Virus record (IMG/VR): IMGVR_UViG_3300026125_000015 | Location: 1 to 31,551 of that record | DNA from: a virus | Lineage: Duplodnaviria; Caudoviricetes | DNA length: 31,551 bases | Reading direction: 5' to 3' (one strand) | In this document: positions 8,595 to 16,175 of the stretch, piece after piece | How positions within the stretch are numbered: position 1 is the first letter of the stretch | Layout of the letters: each line of letters opens with the position of its first letter | The notes under the pieces: model-generated | What the model was told of the DNA's origin: nothing | Seen by the model: only the letters and a program-made list of their open reading frames with translations | Databases searched by the model: none | Made by a program: the position numbers and the translations under genes

Positions 8595-9335
8595 TTAATC
8601 TCTCCCGAAGTGTTTGTTATACATGTTTTTAATTATGCGTTTGTTATGATGGAAAGAGAAAACATTGGTGTATATACGTTTTTCCATCCATTTTTTATCG
8701 TGATCGTTTGCATCACGAACTTCATACTCGTATTCTTTTTCCGTTAAAGGAATTATGTGTGCTAACGGCTTTCCTGCTTTTAGCATTGTTTCTCCGTGTT
8801 TAATATTCCAATACCCTTGTACATTAATTTCTGTACTAATACTAGGATCTAATATCCCTGTACATGCTTCGAATTCATATGTGTCAGAATACGCAACTGC
8901 TGTCATTAAAAACTTAACGCCCTTAGGTGCAATAACATTCCAAGGTGTGTTAAATTTCATAATAGGCGCAATGCTATAAGGGCGCTTAGGAAGCCATTTA
9001 GTAATCTCATAAGAATGAGTGCCTAAAGGATCACCTTCTCTTAGTTCAGCAAGTGTTTCGCTCGGGTGTACATAAGCAAAACCTTTATCTTCGCCTTCTG
9101 TTCTTATTACAGTATCATGCCACAAAGGAACAATAAAACCAGTTTTATATAAATCAAATATTCCAGGACACTGTTGTAAGTGACTAGGTCTATCAAAGTT
9201 TTTGTTTTTAATATAATCTTCTTTACATGCTTTAAACCAATTAGGCTTAAAGTTTCTAGCAGGAACAATTGGATTTATATCAGCAAGTCCTGGAACTTTA
9301 CTAAAGAATTCTATTTTTTGTTGTTTTTTAAACAT
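8595..9335 (-). CDS. Hypothetical CPG-motif protein (DUF6065-like), paralogue of 7408..8175
   Basis: KIEFFS, QCPGIFD...GFIVPLWHD, MKFNTPW.V.APKG, YEFEACTGILDP, INVQG.W, AGKPLAHIIP. Confidence 0.7.
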   Translation of the reverse strand: MFKKQQKIEFFSKVPGLADINPIVPARNFKPNWFKACKEDYIKNKNFDRPSHLQQCPGIFDLYKTGFIVPLWHDTVIRTEGEDKGFAYVHPSETLAELREGDPLGTHSYEITKWLPKRPYSIAPIMKFNTPWNVIAPKGVKFLMTAVAYSDTYEFEACTGILDPSISTEINVQGYWNIKHGETMLKAGKPLAHIIPLTEKEYEYEVRDANDHDKKWMEKRIYTNVFSFHHNKRIIKNMYNKHFGRD

Positions 9336-9897
9336 AATTAATATTCATCACTAATCGTTTTGTATGTTTAGTTGGCGTAGAACTTGAGTGATATTGATAT
9401 CCGTCAAACCATACTAGTCTATTTGCTTTCGGAGACACTTTATCAGAAATCTTAAATTCTAATTCTTGAGGTTTAGACCTGTTGTCTTTCCAACTTCTTT
9501 CATATCTTTCCTCATAAAATATAGTATCACCATCAGAGTCATTAATGTATAATAATGCGGAATTATGAGGCTCTTCGAAGTCTACGTGCGGAGTATGCAC
9601 TATTGTCTCAGTTGTCGGAGTTAAAAGACCTAAGCGAATTCTAATTATTCTATCTACATCTACACCTGCATTATCAAATGCAGCATAACACACTGCTTCT
9701 AAAAACGGTGCAAGGTTACTATACTGTTCGTTATTTTGCATCACAAGATGGCTAAAACTTCCGTCAAATATGTGACGAGGTTTTTCATCTAAGAATGCTG
9801 TTGATTCTGAATAATAATAAGGAATGTGTATATCAGTTAGAATTTTACTAACTTGATTAAACAAATTGTTTCCTAGTACGTTATCTTTATACTTCAT
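9328..9897 (-). CDS. 2-oxoglutarate/Fe(II)-dependent oxygenase (phage prolyl-hydroxylase-like)
   Basis: HxD (PHVD), LYINDSDGDT, PKANRLVWFDG, distal His (YHSS) and the 2OG-binding Arg (KRLVMNINY). Confidence 0.88.
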   Translation of the reverse strand: MKYKDNVLGNNLFNQVSKILTDIHIPYYYSESTAFLDEKPRHIFDGSFSHLVMQNNEQYSNLAPFLEAVCYAAFDNAGVDVDRIIRIRLGLLTPTTETIVHTPHVDFEEPHNSALLYINDSDGDTIFYEERYERSWKDNRSKPQELEFKISDKVSPKANRLVWFDGYQYHSSSTPTKHTKRLVMNINYV

Positions 9898-10472
9898 TAT
9901 GATACCTGTATGCTAAAAGCTAAATTAATACGCTGTTTATTAGATTCATTTCGATAAACTTCGTGCGGTATCCAGCCTGGCCATAAAACTAATTCTCCGT
10001 CGCCCGGAAATACTAAGCAGTCTCTCGAAAAAGGTGATCGTATGTTAACATTGTTTAGTACGTTTGCAGGATTAACAAATCTTAATGCTCCAGTATCAGT
10101 TCCTTGTACATAATAAACTGCTGTAAACGAATCAGCAACATGTGTATGTAACACATTAATACTTCCTGGTTCGTTTACATTAGTCCAGTAGTCCCAAGAA
10201 ATCTTATGTTCAGTAATATACTTTTTAAACTCTGGATCTTGATCCATATAGTATTCACTAGCATGTGCAGTTGCAGACCTAATAGCATCTGTAAGCCATT
10301 CAATGTTGTTATACTTAACGTTCGATCGCCAACATCCATCATTGTTCATATACATCGGATCTGCATCAAGACGTTTTGCTTCTAGTATTTGTTTTTTTAG
10401 ATCTTCTCGCTGCTCATCAGTTCCTACTTTAGAAATAAAGAAATCCGAAGTAAACTGAGTTATACGTTCCAT
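9897..10472 (-). CDS. 2OG-Fe(II) oxygenase, TIGR02466-like
   Basis: WTNVNEPG..N..HTH, TAVYYV, GALRF.NP, P..GELVLWPGWIPHEV, RINLAF. Its TAA overlaps the next ATG (TAATG). Confidence 0.88.
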   Translation of the reverse strand: MERITQFTSDFFISKVGTDEQREDLKKQILEAKRLDADPMYMNNDGCWRSNVKYNNIEWLTDAIRSATAHASEYYMDQDPEFKKYITEHKISWDYWTNVNEPGSINVLHTHVADSFTAVYYVQGTDTGALRFVNPANVLNNVNIRSPFSRDCLVFPGDGELVLWPGWIPHEVYRNESNKQRINLAFSIQVS

Positions 10473-11959
10473 GGATTATACCATCCTTTTAAGAATTCGT
10501 AATGATTAGGAAATTGCTCAATTGTTTGATCTATCCTGTTAGTCTGATTATTCATAAACAATTCTAAGTAAGTTTTTTCTTCAGTAGTTAACGGATAAGG
10601 ATTGCCGTAGCCACCTGCTTTAATCATACTCCACCATTGCATACTACTAAACATACTTTGGTTGCTAAAGAATGTAAACGGCTTAATATCCGGATAGTAC
10701 TGACTTAAGAAGAACTGAGCATCTGGTGGAAGTTCTTCTAGTCTTTTAGAACGCACTTCTTCCCAATAAGGTGTATCATTTTTATTACTAAAATAGTAGT
10801 GAGCAAATACAAATGCTAATATTTCAATATTCATTTCATAATAGCCTCTGTTAATCATTACTTTAGCTTCTTCAGTCCAATCTCCGTATGCTAAGATTAA
10901 ATCTGTTATACTTTTTACAACTGCTGTAGTAAATGTAATTCCTGTTGCTTCTAACGGTTCTACAAATCCAGCAGCAAGGCCTACACCGATAACATTTTTA
11001 ACAGCAACTTCTTTATGAGTTCCACACTTCATTGTTAAGTGTTTTACAGGAGCATCCCATTCATTTAATGATTCTCTTAACTCTTGTTCTGCTTGTTCAG
11101 GTGTTAAGTAATCAGAACTGTAAACATATCCGTTGCCAATTCTATGATAAGTTGGGATTGTCCAACGCCAACCGGCATTCATTGCTGTTGCTTTTGTGTA
11201 AGGGTGACATTCATTTACAGGATCTTTGTATTCTGTTGGCATCGCAACAGCACTGTCGTTTAATAACCAGGGTTTATAACTGATAAATTCTGAACCCATT
11301 GTTTTTTCGAGAAGTTTACTTTCAAACCCGCTACAATCAATAAACAAGTCTCCAGTATATTCTACGCCATTTGCATCTATTAGCTTTGAAATGCCTTTGC
11401 CGCCAGTTGCAACTTGTTTAATTTCAGTATCTACATATGTAATCTTATCTAAAATAATATCTTTAATAGTTGCAATAATATCATACGCACTGAAATGCAC
11501 TGCACCATACTGATCAGGTCCTGCATTAAAGTTAGAATCTAACGTAGGCGTTAATTTAGGACTTTTGTTTTCTTTAGCTAATCTGTATGCTGGATGCCAT
11601 TTAGCATATTCAGAATATGGTTTATCTGAAAAATACATGCTTGTAAAAAGCTCAGGCGATGCAATGTAGTTGAATGGGTTATCATTATCTACAAAGTAAG
11701 GTTCGTTATTCCATCCTGTTAATTCTACACCATATTTAAATGCTGCATTACTTGGCTTCATCCAATGTTTTGCTTCAATCCCGCACTCGTATAGAAACTT
11801 TGCAGTTAACGGTTGTGTACCTTCGCCTACACCAATAGGTCCTTTGTTTGCATCTTCTATTAAACAGATTTCAATCTCTTCCGGTAAATTGTTTGTAAAA
11901 TGAGCAGCAGTTAGCCATCCGCTTGTGCCACCTCCAAATATTACTATCTTCTTAATCAT
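10460..11959 (-). CDS. Flavin-dependent halogenase (tryptophan halogenase PrnA/RebH family)
   Basis: GGGTSG FAD motif, IGVGEGT, FKYGV (catalytic Lys position), FIDCSG, GWRWTIP (WxWxIP), GFVEPLEATG (catalytic Glu region). AGGA RBS. Confidence 0.92.
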   Translation of the reverse strand: MIKKIVIFGGGTSGWLTAAHFTNNLPEEIEICLIEDANKGPIGVGEGTQPLTAKFLYECGIEAKHWMKPSNAAFKYGVELTGWNNEPYFVDNDNPFNYIASPELFTSMYFSDKPYSEYAKWHPAYRLAKENKSPKLTPTLDSNFNAGPDQYGAVHFSAYDIIATIKDIILDKITYVDTEIKQVATGGKGISKLIDANGVEYTGDLFIDCSGFESKLLEKTMGSEFISYKPWLLNDSAVAMPTEYKDPVNECHPYTKATAMNAGWRWTIPTYHRIGNGYVYSSDYLTPEQAEQELRESLNEWDAPVKHLTMKCGTHKEVAVKNVIGVGLAAGFVEPLEATGITFTTAVVKSITDLILAYGDWTEEAKVMINRGYYEMNIEILAFVFAHYYFSNKNDTPYWEEVRSKRLEELPPDAQFFLSQYYPDIKPFTFFSNQSMFSSMQWWSMIKAGGYGNPYPLTTEEKTYLELFMNNQTNRIDQTIEQFPNHYEFLKGWYNPWNV

Positions 11960-11972
11960 TGTAATTCCTAAA

Positions 11973-13664
11973 TTATAGTTCTAAAATCTGTTCTTCTACT
12001 TTTTGGATTACAACAATGTATAATCCATTCCACCAACTGCCTGCATCTTCTTCGTCGCACAGCAATAACTTTTCATATGCAATGTCTGCTCCAATTCTCT
12101 TAAGACCTTCGCGGGCGCCATCGACTACTCCTTCCCAATTTGCATCATCAAATATTAACACACTTTCTTGAGAAAAGCAATCACTATAATACTCAACAGC
12201 ATTTGCCGTAGATAGCATATCATGAGGTCCGTCATAGAACCACATTTGAATATCTTTGTATTTGCTAGTATCTACATTAAACAAGTTGCTATTAACAACT
12301 TCAACTGTATTGTTTCCTTTATACTTTAACACATTATCGTTAAACGTTTGCTGTGTGTTTTCCGGAAGTTCTTCTCTTCCTTCATTTGCAGGTTGAATGT
12401 TTTCAGCCCAGTTATCAATTGCAACTGCATTTAGATTATTGTCTTTTAGTGTAGCACAGAATGTTGCTCCTAATGCAGACCCAATTTCCATGTAACTGTC
12501 AACATTTTTTGCAATTGTATTAAGAAGTGTTTGAACCCTAGAACTAGTTAATCCTGGAATCTTAGTATTAACTGTAGGTACTCCAGAATCTAGTATGCTT
12601 TGAGCAACATGTCTAACTAAACTTGTATGTTCTATCTTAGATTTAATTCTATAGATATCATCACAGAAATGACATTCCCAACAATCAAACTTACAGTTTT
12701 TAATCTTTTTGCGCCATGCATCAATCGGTTTATCTTTTAAGTTTGTAGCATTTAGATAGTTGTCAAAGTTGTCAAATAATGTTTCTCTTCCTTCAGCATA
12801 CCTCTTAATAATGTCCATTGTCTCATACAAACGTCCAATATTTTCTCTGCCATGCATTTTAAAGACATCAATTCCTAAGTCGTTAATAAACTCGTCCCAG
12901 TCTTCTTTCCACGGAGGGATATTAGCTGTTTTTAAATGAATACTAGGATCATCAACATCCCACTTAGGACAACTAACTCGACTGATAGGATTCATAAAGT
13001 ATTGAGGATCTTGACCTTGTCTAGTGTTATTGTACTCAAAGTGTTCTACCATCATTGGACAATTTCCAGCGCATCCTTCATTTGCTAATAGACTATAATG
13101 AATATCTTTTCCAAGATTTTCCTTAATCCATACTTTAGCTTCTTTTAAACGCAATAATGTATCTCTGTCACGCATTAAGTCTCGATCAAGGTTAATATAA
13201 TCGAATCCATACTTAGCTAAATGAACAATTTCAGCAGCAACTCTAACATCACGTAGGATAGTATTTTTTACATATAGTTCCGGAAACGCACGTTTAATTT
13301 GTCCAGTAGCCATCCAGTGTGTATGAGGAATAGTAGCAACTCGAATCCCCCTATCGTAATACTTTTTAAAGTTTTTAATAAAAGTATCAAGATTCTTTTG
13401 CGTTGGCGGAACTTGTATATTGTTAAACGTGGCACTTACAGGAACACCTGTGTGTTCTTGTATAAACATTGCTTGTTCAAACGCATAGTCGTAATCGTCT
13501 TCTCGTACAAATATATCTCCCATAGCATCTTGTTTGAACGGTTCAATGCGTGAAGTAAAGTATACATCACGAATATATGATTTATAGTTGTTAACAAAAT
13601 TAACAAATTCTACTAGCTGTTCTTGATTTAGCTTCGGGTTCAACGGTACGCTGAATATTTTCAA
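11973..13664 (-). CDS. Peptidase U32-like Fe-S protein fused to a class I SAM-dependent methyltransferase (Methyltransf_24-like)
   Basis: N-terminal part: INLDRDL, LLANEGCAGNCP, RVSCPKW, DVFKMHGRE (cf. U32 DSLKIEGR), CKFDCWECHFC. C-terminal part: YMEIGSALGAT, VAIDNW, FYDGPH, LIFDDANW. TTG start with GGAG 7 nt upstream. Confidence 0.8.
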   Translation of the reverse strand: MKIFSVPLNPKLNQEQLVEFVNFVNNYKSYIRDVYFTSRIEPFKQDAMGDIFVREDDYDYAFEQAMFIQEHTGVPVSATFNNIQVPPTQKNLDTFIKNFKKYYDRGIRVATIPHTHWMATGQIKRAFPELYVKNTILRDVRVAAEIVHLAKYGFDYINLDRDLMRDRDTLLRLKEAKVWIKENLGKDIHYSLLANEGCAGNCPMMVEHFEYNNTRQGQDPQYFMNPISRVSCPKWDVDDPSIHLKTANIPPWKEDWDEFINDLGIDVFKMHGRENIGRLYETMDIIKRYAEGRETLFDNFDNYLNATNLKDKPIDAWRKKIKNCKFDCWECHFCDDIYRIKSKIEHTSLVRHVAQSILDSGVPTVNTKIPGLTSSRVQTLLNTIAKNVDSYMEIGSALGATFCATLKDNNLNAVAIDNWAENIQPANEGREELPENTQQTFNDNVLKYKGNNTVEVVNSNLFNVDTSKYKDIQMWFYDGPHDMLSTANAVEYYSDCFSQESVLIFDDANWEGVVDGAREGLKRIGADIAYEKLLLCDEEDAGSWWNGLYIVVIQKVEEQILEL

Positions 13665-13678
13665 AATAGATCTCCAAT

Positions 13679-13716
13679 AAAAAAGGTGCTACTAGTAATT
13701 ATAGTAGCACCTTTTT
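13679..13716 (-). terminator. Intrinsic terminator hairpin (possibly bidirectional)
   Basis: Perfect 15-bp inverted repeat AAAAAGGTGCTACTA (13680-13694) / TAGTAGCACCTTTTT (13702-13716) with a 7-nt loop; T-tracts on both strands. Lies just downstream of the 13737..14282 gene. Confidence 0.8.
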
Positions 13717-13729
13717 ATCGTTTTGTAAA
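13701..13729 (-). promoter_or_regulatory. Candidate sigma70-type promoter for the enzyme operon, overlapping the terminator
   Basis: Minus strand: TTTACA (13729-13724), 17-nt spacer ending in TGC (extended -10 TGn), TACTAT (13706-13701). Confidence 0.55.
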
Positions 13730-13736
13730 GTGAAAT

Positions 13737-14282
13737 TTAGTCTTTAAAGATATTTTCGCTAAACTTTTTAGTTGCAAATCTTGGCTGTTTTTCTTTACCG
13801 TGAGTGTAAGCACATTCCCACTCAAAGTAAGTTGCCATGTACATTTGCGTTTCTTTTAACGATCTTAATGACGGAACTTCTGCACGTATTTGTGTTAGTC
13901 CAGTTTCTTCAGTGAAGTGTTTCTCTGCATGTAGCAGCATTATTTTTTTAAGTAATGCTACTGTATTTGATTCATCTACACTAGATAGTTTGTATTGGAC
14001 TTTTTCGTAATCGTTATCTCCAAAACTTGTTGGTTGAACTAAATCTTTTGGGTTATTTTTATTCTGCATTACACTGATTTCGCCATTTACAGCATTAGTA
14101 AATTGGTGAGAGTGTGCTTGATCTTCAGTAAGCTCTGCATAGTTTAACCAGTTAAGAATTATATCACCTCTATGTAAATCATTAATGTGTGCAATTGTGT
14201 AATGCCACTCTGATCCTACATATTCAATTCTTGGATCTAACCTTGGGTCGTCTGCTGGTACAGACTCATAAATTATATACAT
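13737..14282 (-). CDS. Hypothetical protein
   Basis: 181 aa, overlaps the coiled-coil gene by 17 nt, GAGGGAG upstream, followed by the terminator. Confidence 0.75.
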   Translation of the reverse strand: MYIIYESVPADDPRLDPRIEYVGSEWHYTIAHINDLHRGDIILNWLNYAELTEDQAHSHQFTNAVNGEISVMQNKNNPKDLVQPTSFGDNDYEKVQYKLSSVDESNTVALLKKIMLLHAEKHFTEETGLTQIRAEVPSLRSLKETQMYMATYFEWECAYTHGKEKQPRFATKKFSENIFKD

Positions 14283-15093
14283 TGTCTAAATCATCTCCCT
14301 CGTTTTGTTGCTGTGATTTAGGATCTACAGGTGCTAACAATTCTCTGTTTTCGACACTTCCTGTTAGTTTTAGTTTTTCTTCTGCTTGGCTTTGTAAACT
14401 TAACGTATACTGCTGTAGCTGAGAACTAAAGTTCATTGTTAGTGCAAATGTTTCTGCTTGTTGTTCTGGATCCATAGATAATATAGCATCCATATTACCT
14501 GTTCCGATTCTGCCATAGAAAAGCATATCAGTTGCTGCTTGTTTTGCTAATCTATTTGTCCAATAGTCTTTTTCGTAAACATCTTCTTCTTCAGTGTTTA
14601 GAATATCAAGATATGTTCTACCGCTGCCGTCCGGTAGTTGTGCTTCTTCACTGCTTTCAAATTCTTCAAGCAAGTCTAATAAGTGCGCTCTTTCTAAATA
14701 CCAATCTTGCAAGCGGCGCTGACTAATAATTAAATTACGTTCTGCGTTTTTTGCTTCGATTTCTGCTAGCTCGCGATCAATTTCGTCATATGCTTCTTCT
14801 GCCATTTTGTAGAAACGTTTAATTTCAACTTTGTATTTTGAAATCTCGTATTCGATATTTTCGATCGATTCTTCTTTACCTTTAAGTTCTAGCAACCATT
14901 GACGGTACTTTGCATAAGGGGTAATTTGTGCTTGACCTACAAATTGACGCAATTTATACTTAGGGTTGGTCCACTCTTTGTTAAGAGCAAGGCGCATTTT
15001 TTCTTTTTCTTTTTCAGTAAGCATAGAAACGTCAGATGTAAGTTCGCTAGGAAATCTGTGCATTTCTGTATATTGTTTACGTCTGTCTGTCAT
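14266..15093 (-). CDS. Coiled-coil protein with YWxxRLAKQAAxDxxxxGRIGTGN motif (fibre-associated, function unknown)
   Basis: Glu/Lys/Leu heptad-rich middle, FVGQAQITPYAKYRQWLLEL, YWTNRLAKQAATDMLFYGRIGTGNMDAI. GGAG RBS and RTAAATA motif upstream. Confidence 0.78.
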   Translation of the reverse strand: MTDRRKQYTEMHRFPSELTSDVSMLTEKEKEKMRLALNKEWTNPKYKLRQFVGQAQITPYAKYRQWLLELKGKEESIENIEYEISKYKVEIKRFYKMAEEAYDEIDRELAEIEAKNAERNLIISQRRLQDWYLERAHLLDLLEEFESSEEAQLPDGSGRTYLDILNTEEEDVYEKDYWTNRLAKQAATDMLFYGRIGTGNMDAILSMDPEQQAETFALTMNFSSQLQQYTLSLQSQAEEKLKLTGSVENRELLAPVDPKSQQQNEGDDLDNVYNL

Positions 15094-15127
15094 TTTATTA
15101 AATTCTCCATAGGATTAAAGTAGTATA

Positions 15128-15135
15128 TTATTTAC
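15128..15135 (-). promoter_or_regulatory. Late-promoter-like motif GTAAATAA
   Basis: Intergenic, upstream of the coiled-coil gene. Confidence 0.5.
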
Positions 15136-15140
15136 CCTCT

Positions 15141-16175
15141 TTAGTCCCTCCAAGACATCGTTGCTGAGCTTTGGCCATTAACACCTTTAGCATTTAAGCT
15201 CGCGCCACCTCTAATACTTTGTCTTGTAGCATACGTAAATTTAGCTGAATCTACAACGTGGTTACCTTGATACCAGCCAACAGCATAACCCCAGTCTTGA
15301 CCTGCTAACATGTTTTCTTCGCCGCCGTAATAGTTTTTAGCACCAATAACATCTTGTGTAGTATCGTGATAGAAGTTAGTTTCTCTCCAGTTAGTGCTTG
15401 GATTAGATTCACGTCCTGCTACCATATTAGCATGTTTAAACATGATAGCATGTTGGTGTTTATCGCCTTGTGGCGCTGTTGCACTACGTCCATACGGAGT
15501 TTCAGTTGACCATTTGAATCCCTGATTGTTTGTACACCAAATACCATAGTTTTCGTGTTGAATACCCCAGATCCCGCCGGAGGTGTTTGAAGTACCTTGT
15601 TGCTGTAGCAAAGTACCAGTAGTCATATCAAAACGTCTAATCTGACTGCTTCCTCCGCCAGTGATCCATGCTGTATACCAATCAACTTGAATCATACCAG
15701 GGTTGTTTGTTGACCAAGTAAATGTTCTTGTGTATCCGTCTACAAAGTTGTTTTCTGTTCTGTGATTGTATGCTGTAATACCATTTGATGCTGCACAGTG
15801 GGCATTAGCTGCTCCGCCAAATGTCCAGCAACTATTAATATTATGACAGCTATCTTTGTAGTTGTGTCCTCGTTCTTGCTTACCTGGCAAGTCAATAGTT
15901 GTATCTGTAGCAAAGACTACTCGGTTAGTTTCGTCCCAAACAACAGAACTTGCATATCCTCCGTGTACATAACCGGTTGTAATAATTTGTCTAGTTAAGT
16001 ACGGAATTGCCATAGCTGACCAAGTGCCGCCGCCGGATTGTCCTTGATATACTTCAATTTTACCTAAAGCACCGTTGTATCTAAGATCACCGCTTTGAAA
16101 TCCGGATTGTTCACCGTTACCTGGAAGAGTTAAATGTCCAGTGTCATTAATATTTGTATTCTTAAACGTTGCCAT
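15141..16175 (-). CDS. Anchor + Kelch-like beta-propeller head protein (GEEN/GQD family), paralogue of the C-terminal part of 16175..18115
   Basis: N-terminal KNTNINDTGHLTLP...GDLRYN; GYVHGGY, WTFGGA, AWITGGG blades; GGEENMLAGQDWGY; C-terminal KG..G.SS...WRD. Confidence 0.72.
   Translation of the reverse strand: MATFKNTNINDTGHLTLPGNGEQSGFQSGDLRYNGALGKIEVYQGQSGGGTWSAMAIPYLTRQIITTGYVHGGYASSVVWDETNRVVFATDTTIDLPGKQERGHNYKDSCHNINSCWTFGGAANAHCAASNGITAYNHRTENNFVDGYTRTFTWSTNNPGMIQVDWYTAWITGGGSSQIRRFDMTTGTLLQQQGTSNTSGGIWGIQHENYGIWCTNNQGFKWSTETPYGRSATAPQGDKHQHAIMFKHANMVAGRESNPSTNWRETNFYHDTTQDVIGAKNYYGGEENMLAGQDWGYAVGWYQGNHVVDSAKFTYATRQSIRGGASLNAKGVNGQSSATMSWRD

Noticed and set aside
6935-13664. Classical RiPP/NRPS natural-product cluster
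   Set aside because: No recognisable precursor peptide, synthetase or transporter. The two small ORFs look like folded proteins rather than leader-core precursors, though this is not excluded.
11973-13664. Collagenase or radical SAM assignment for the 563-aa protein
   Set aside because: The C-x3-C-x2-C-like pattern lies at the end of the domain with a fourth Cys, not at the start of a radical SAM barrel. Characterised U32 proteins are mostly hydroxylation factors, so a protease call is unsupported.
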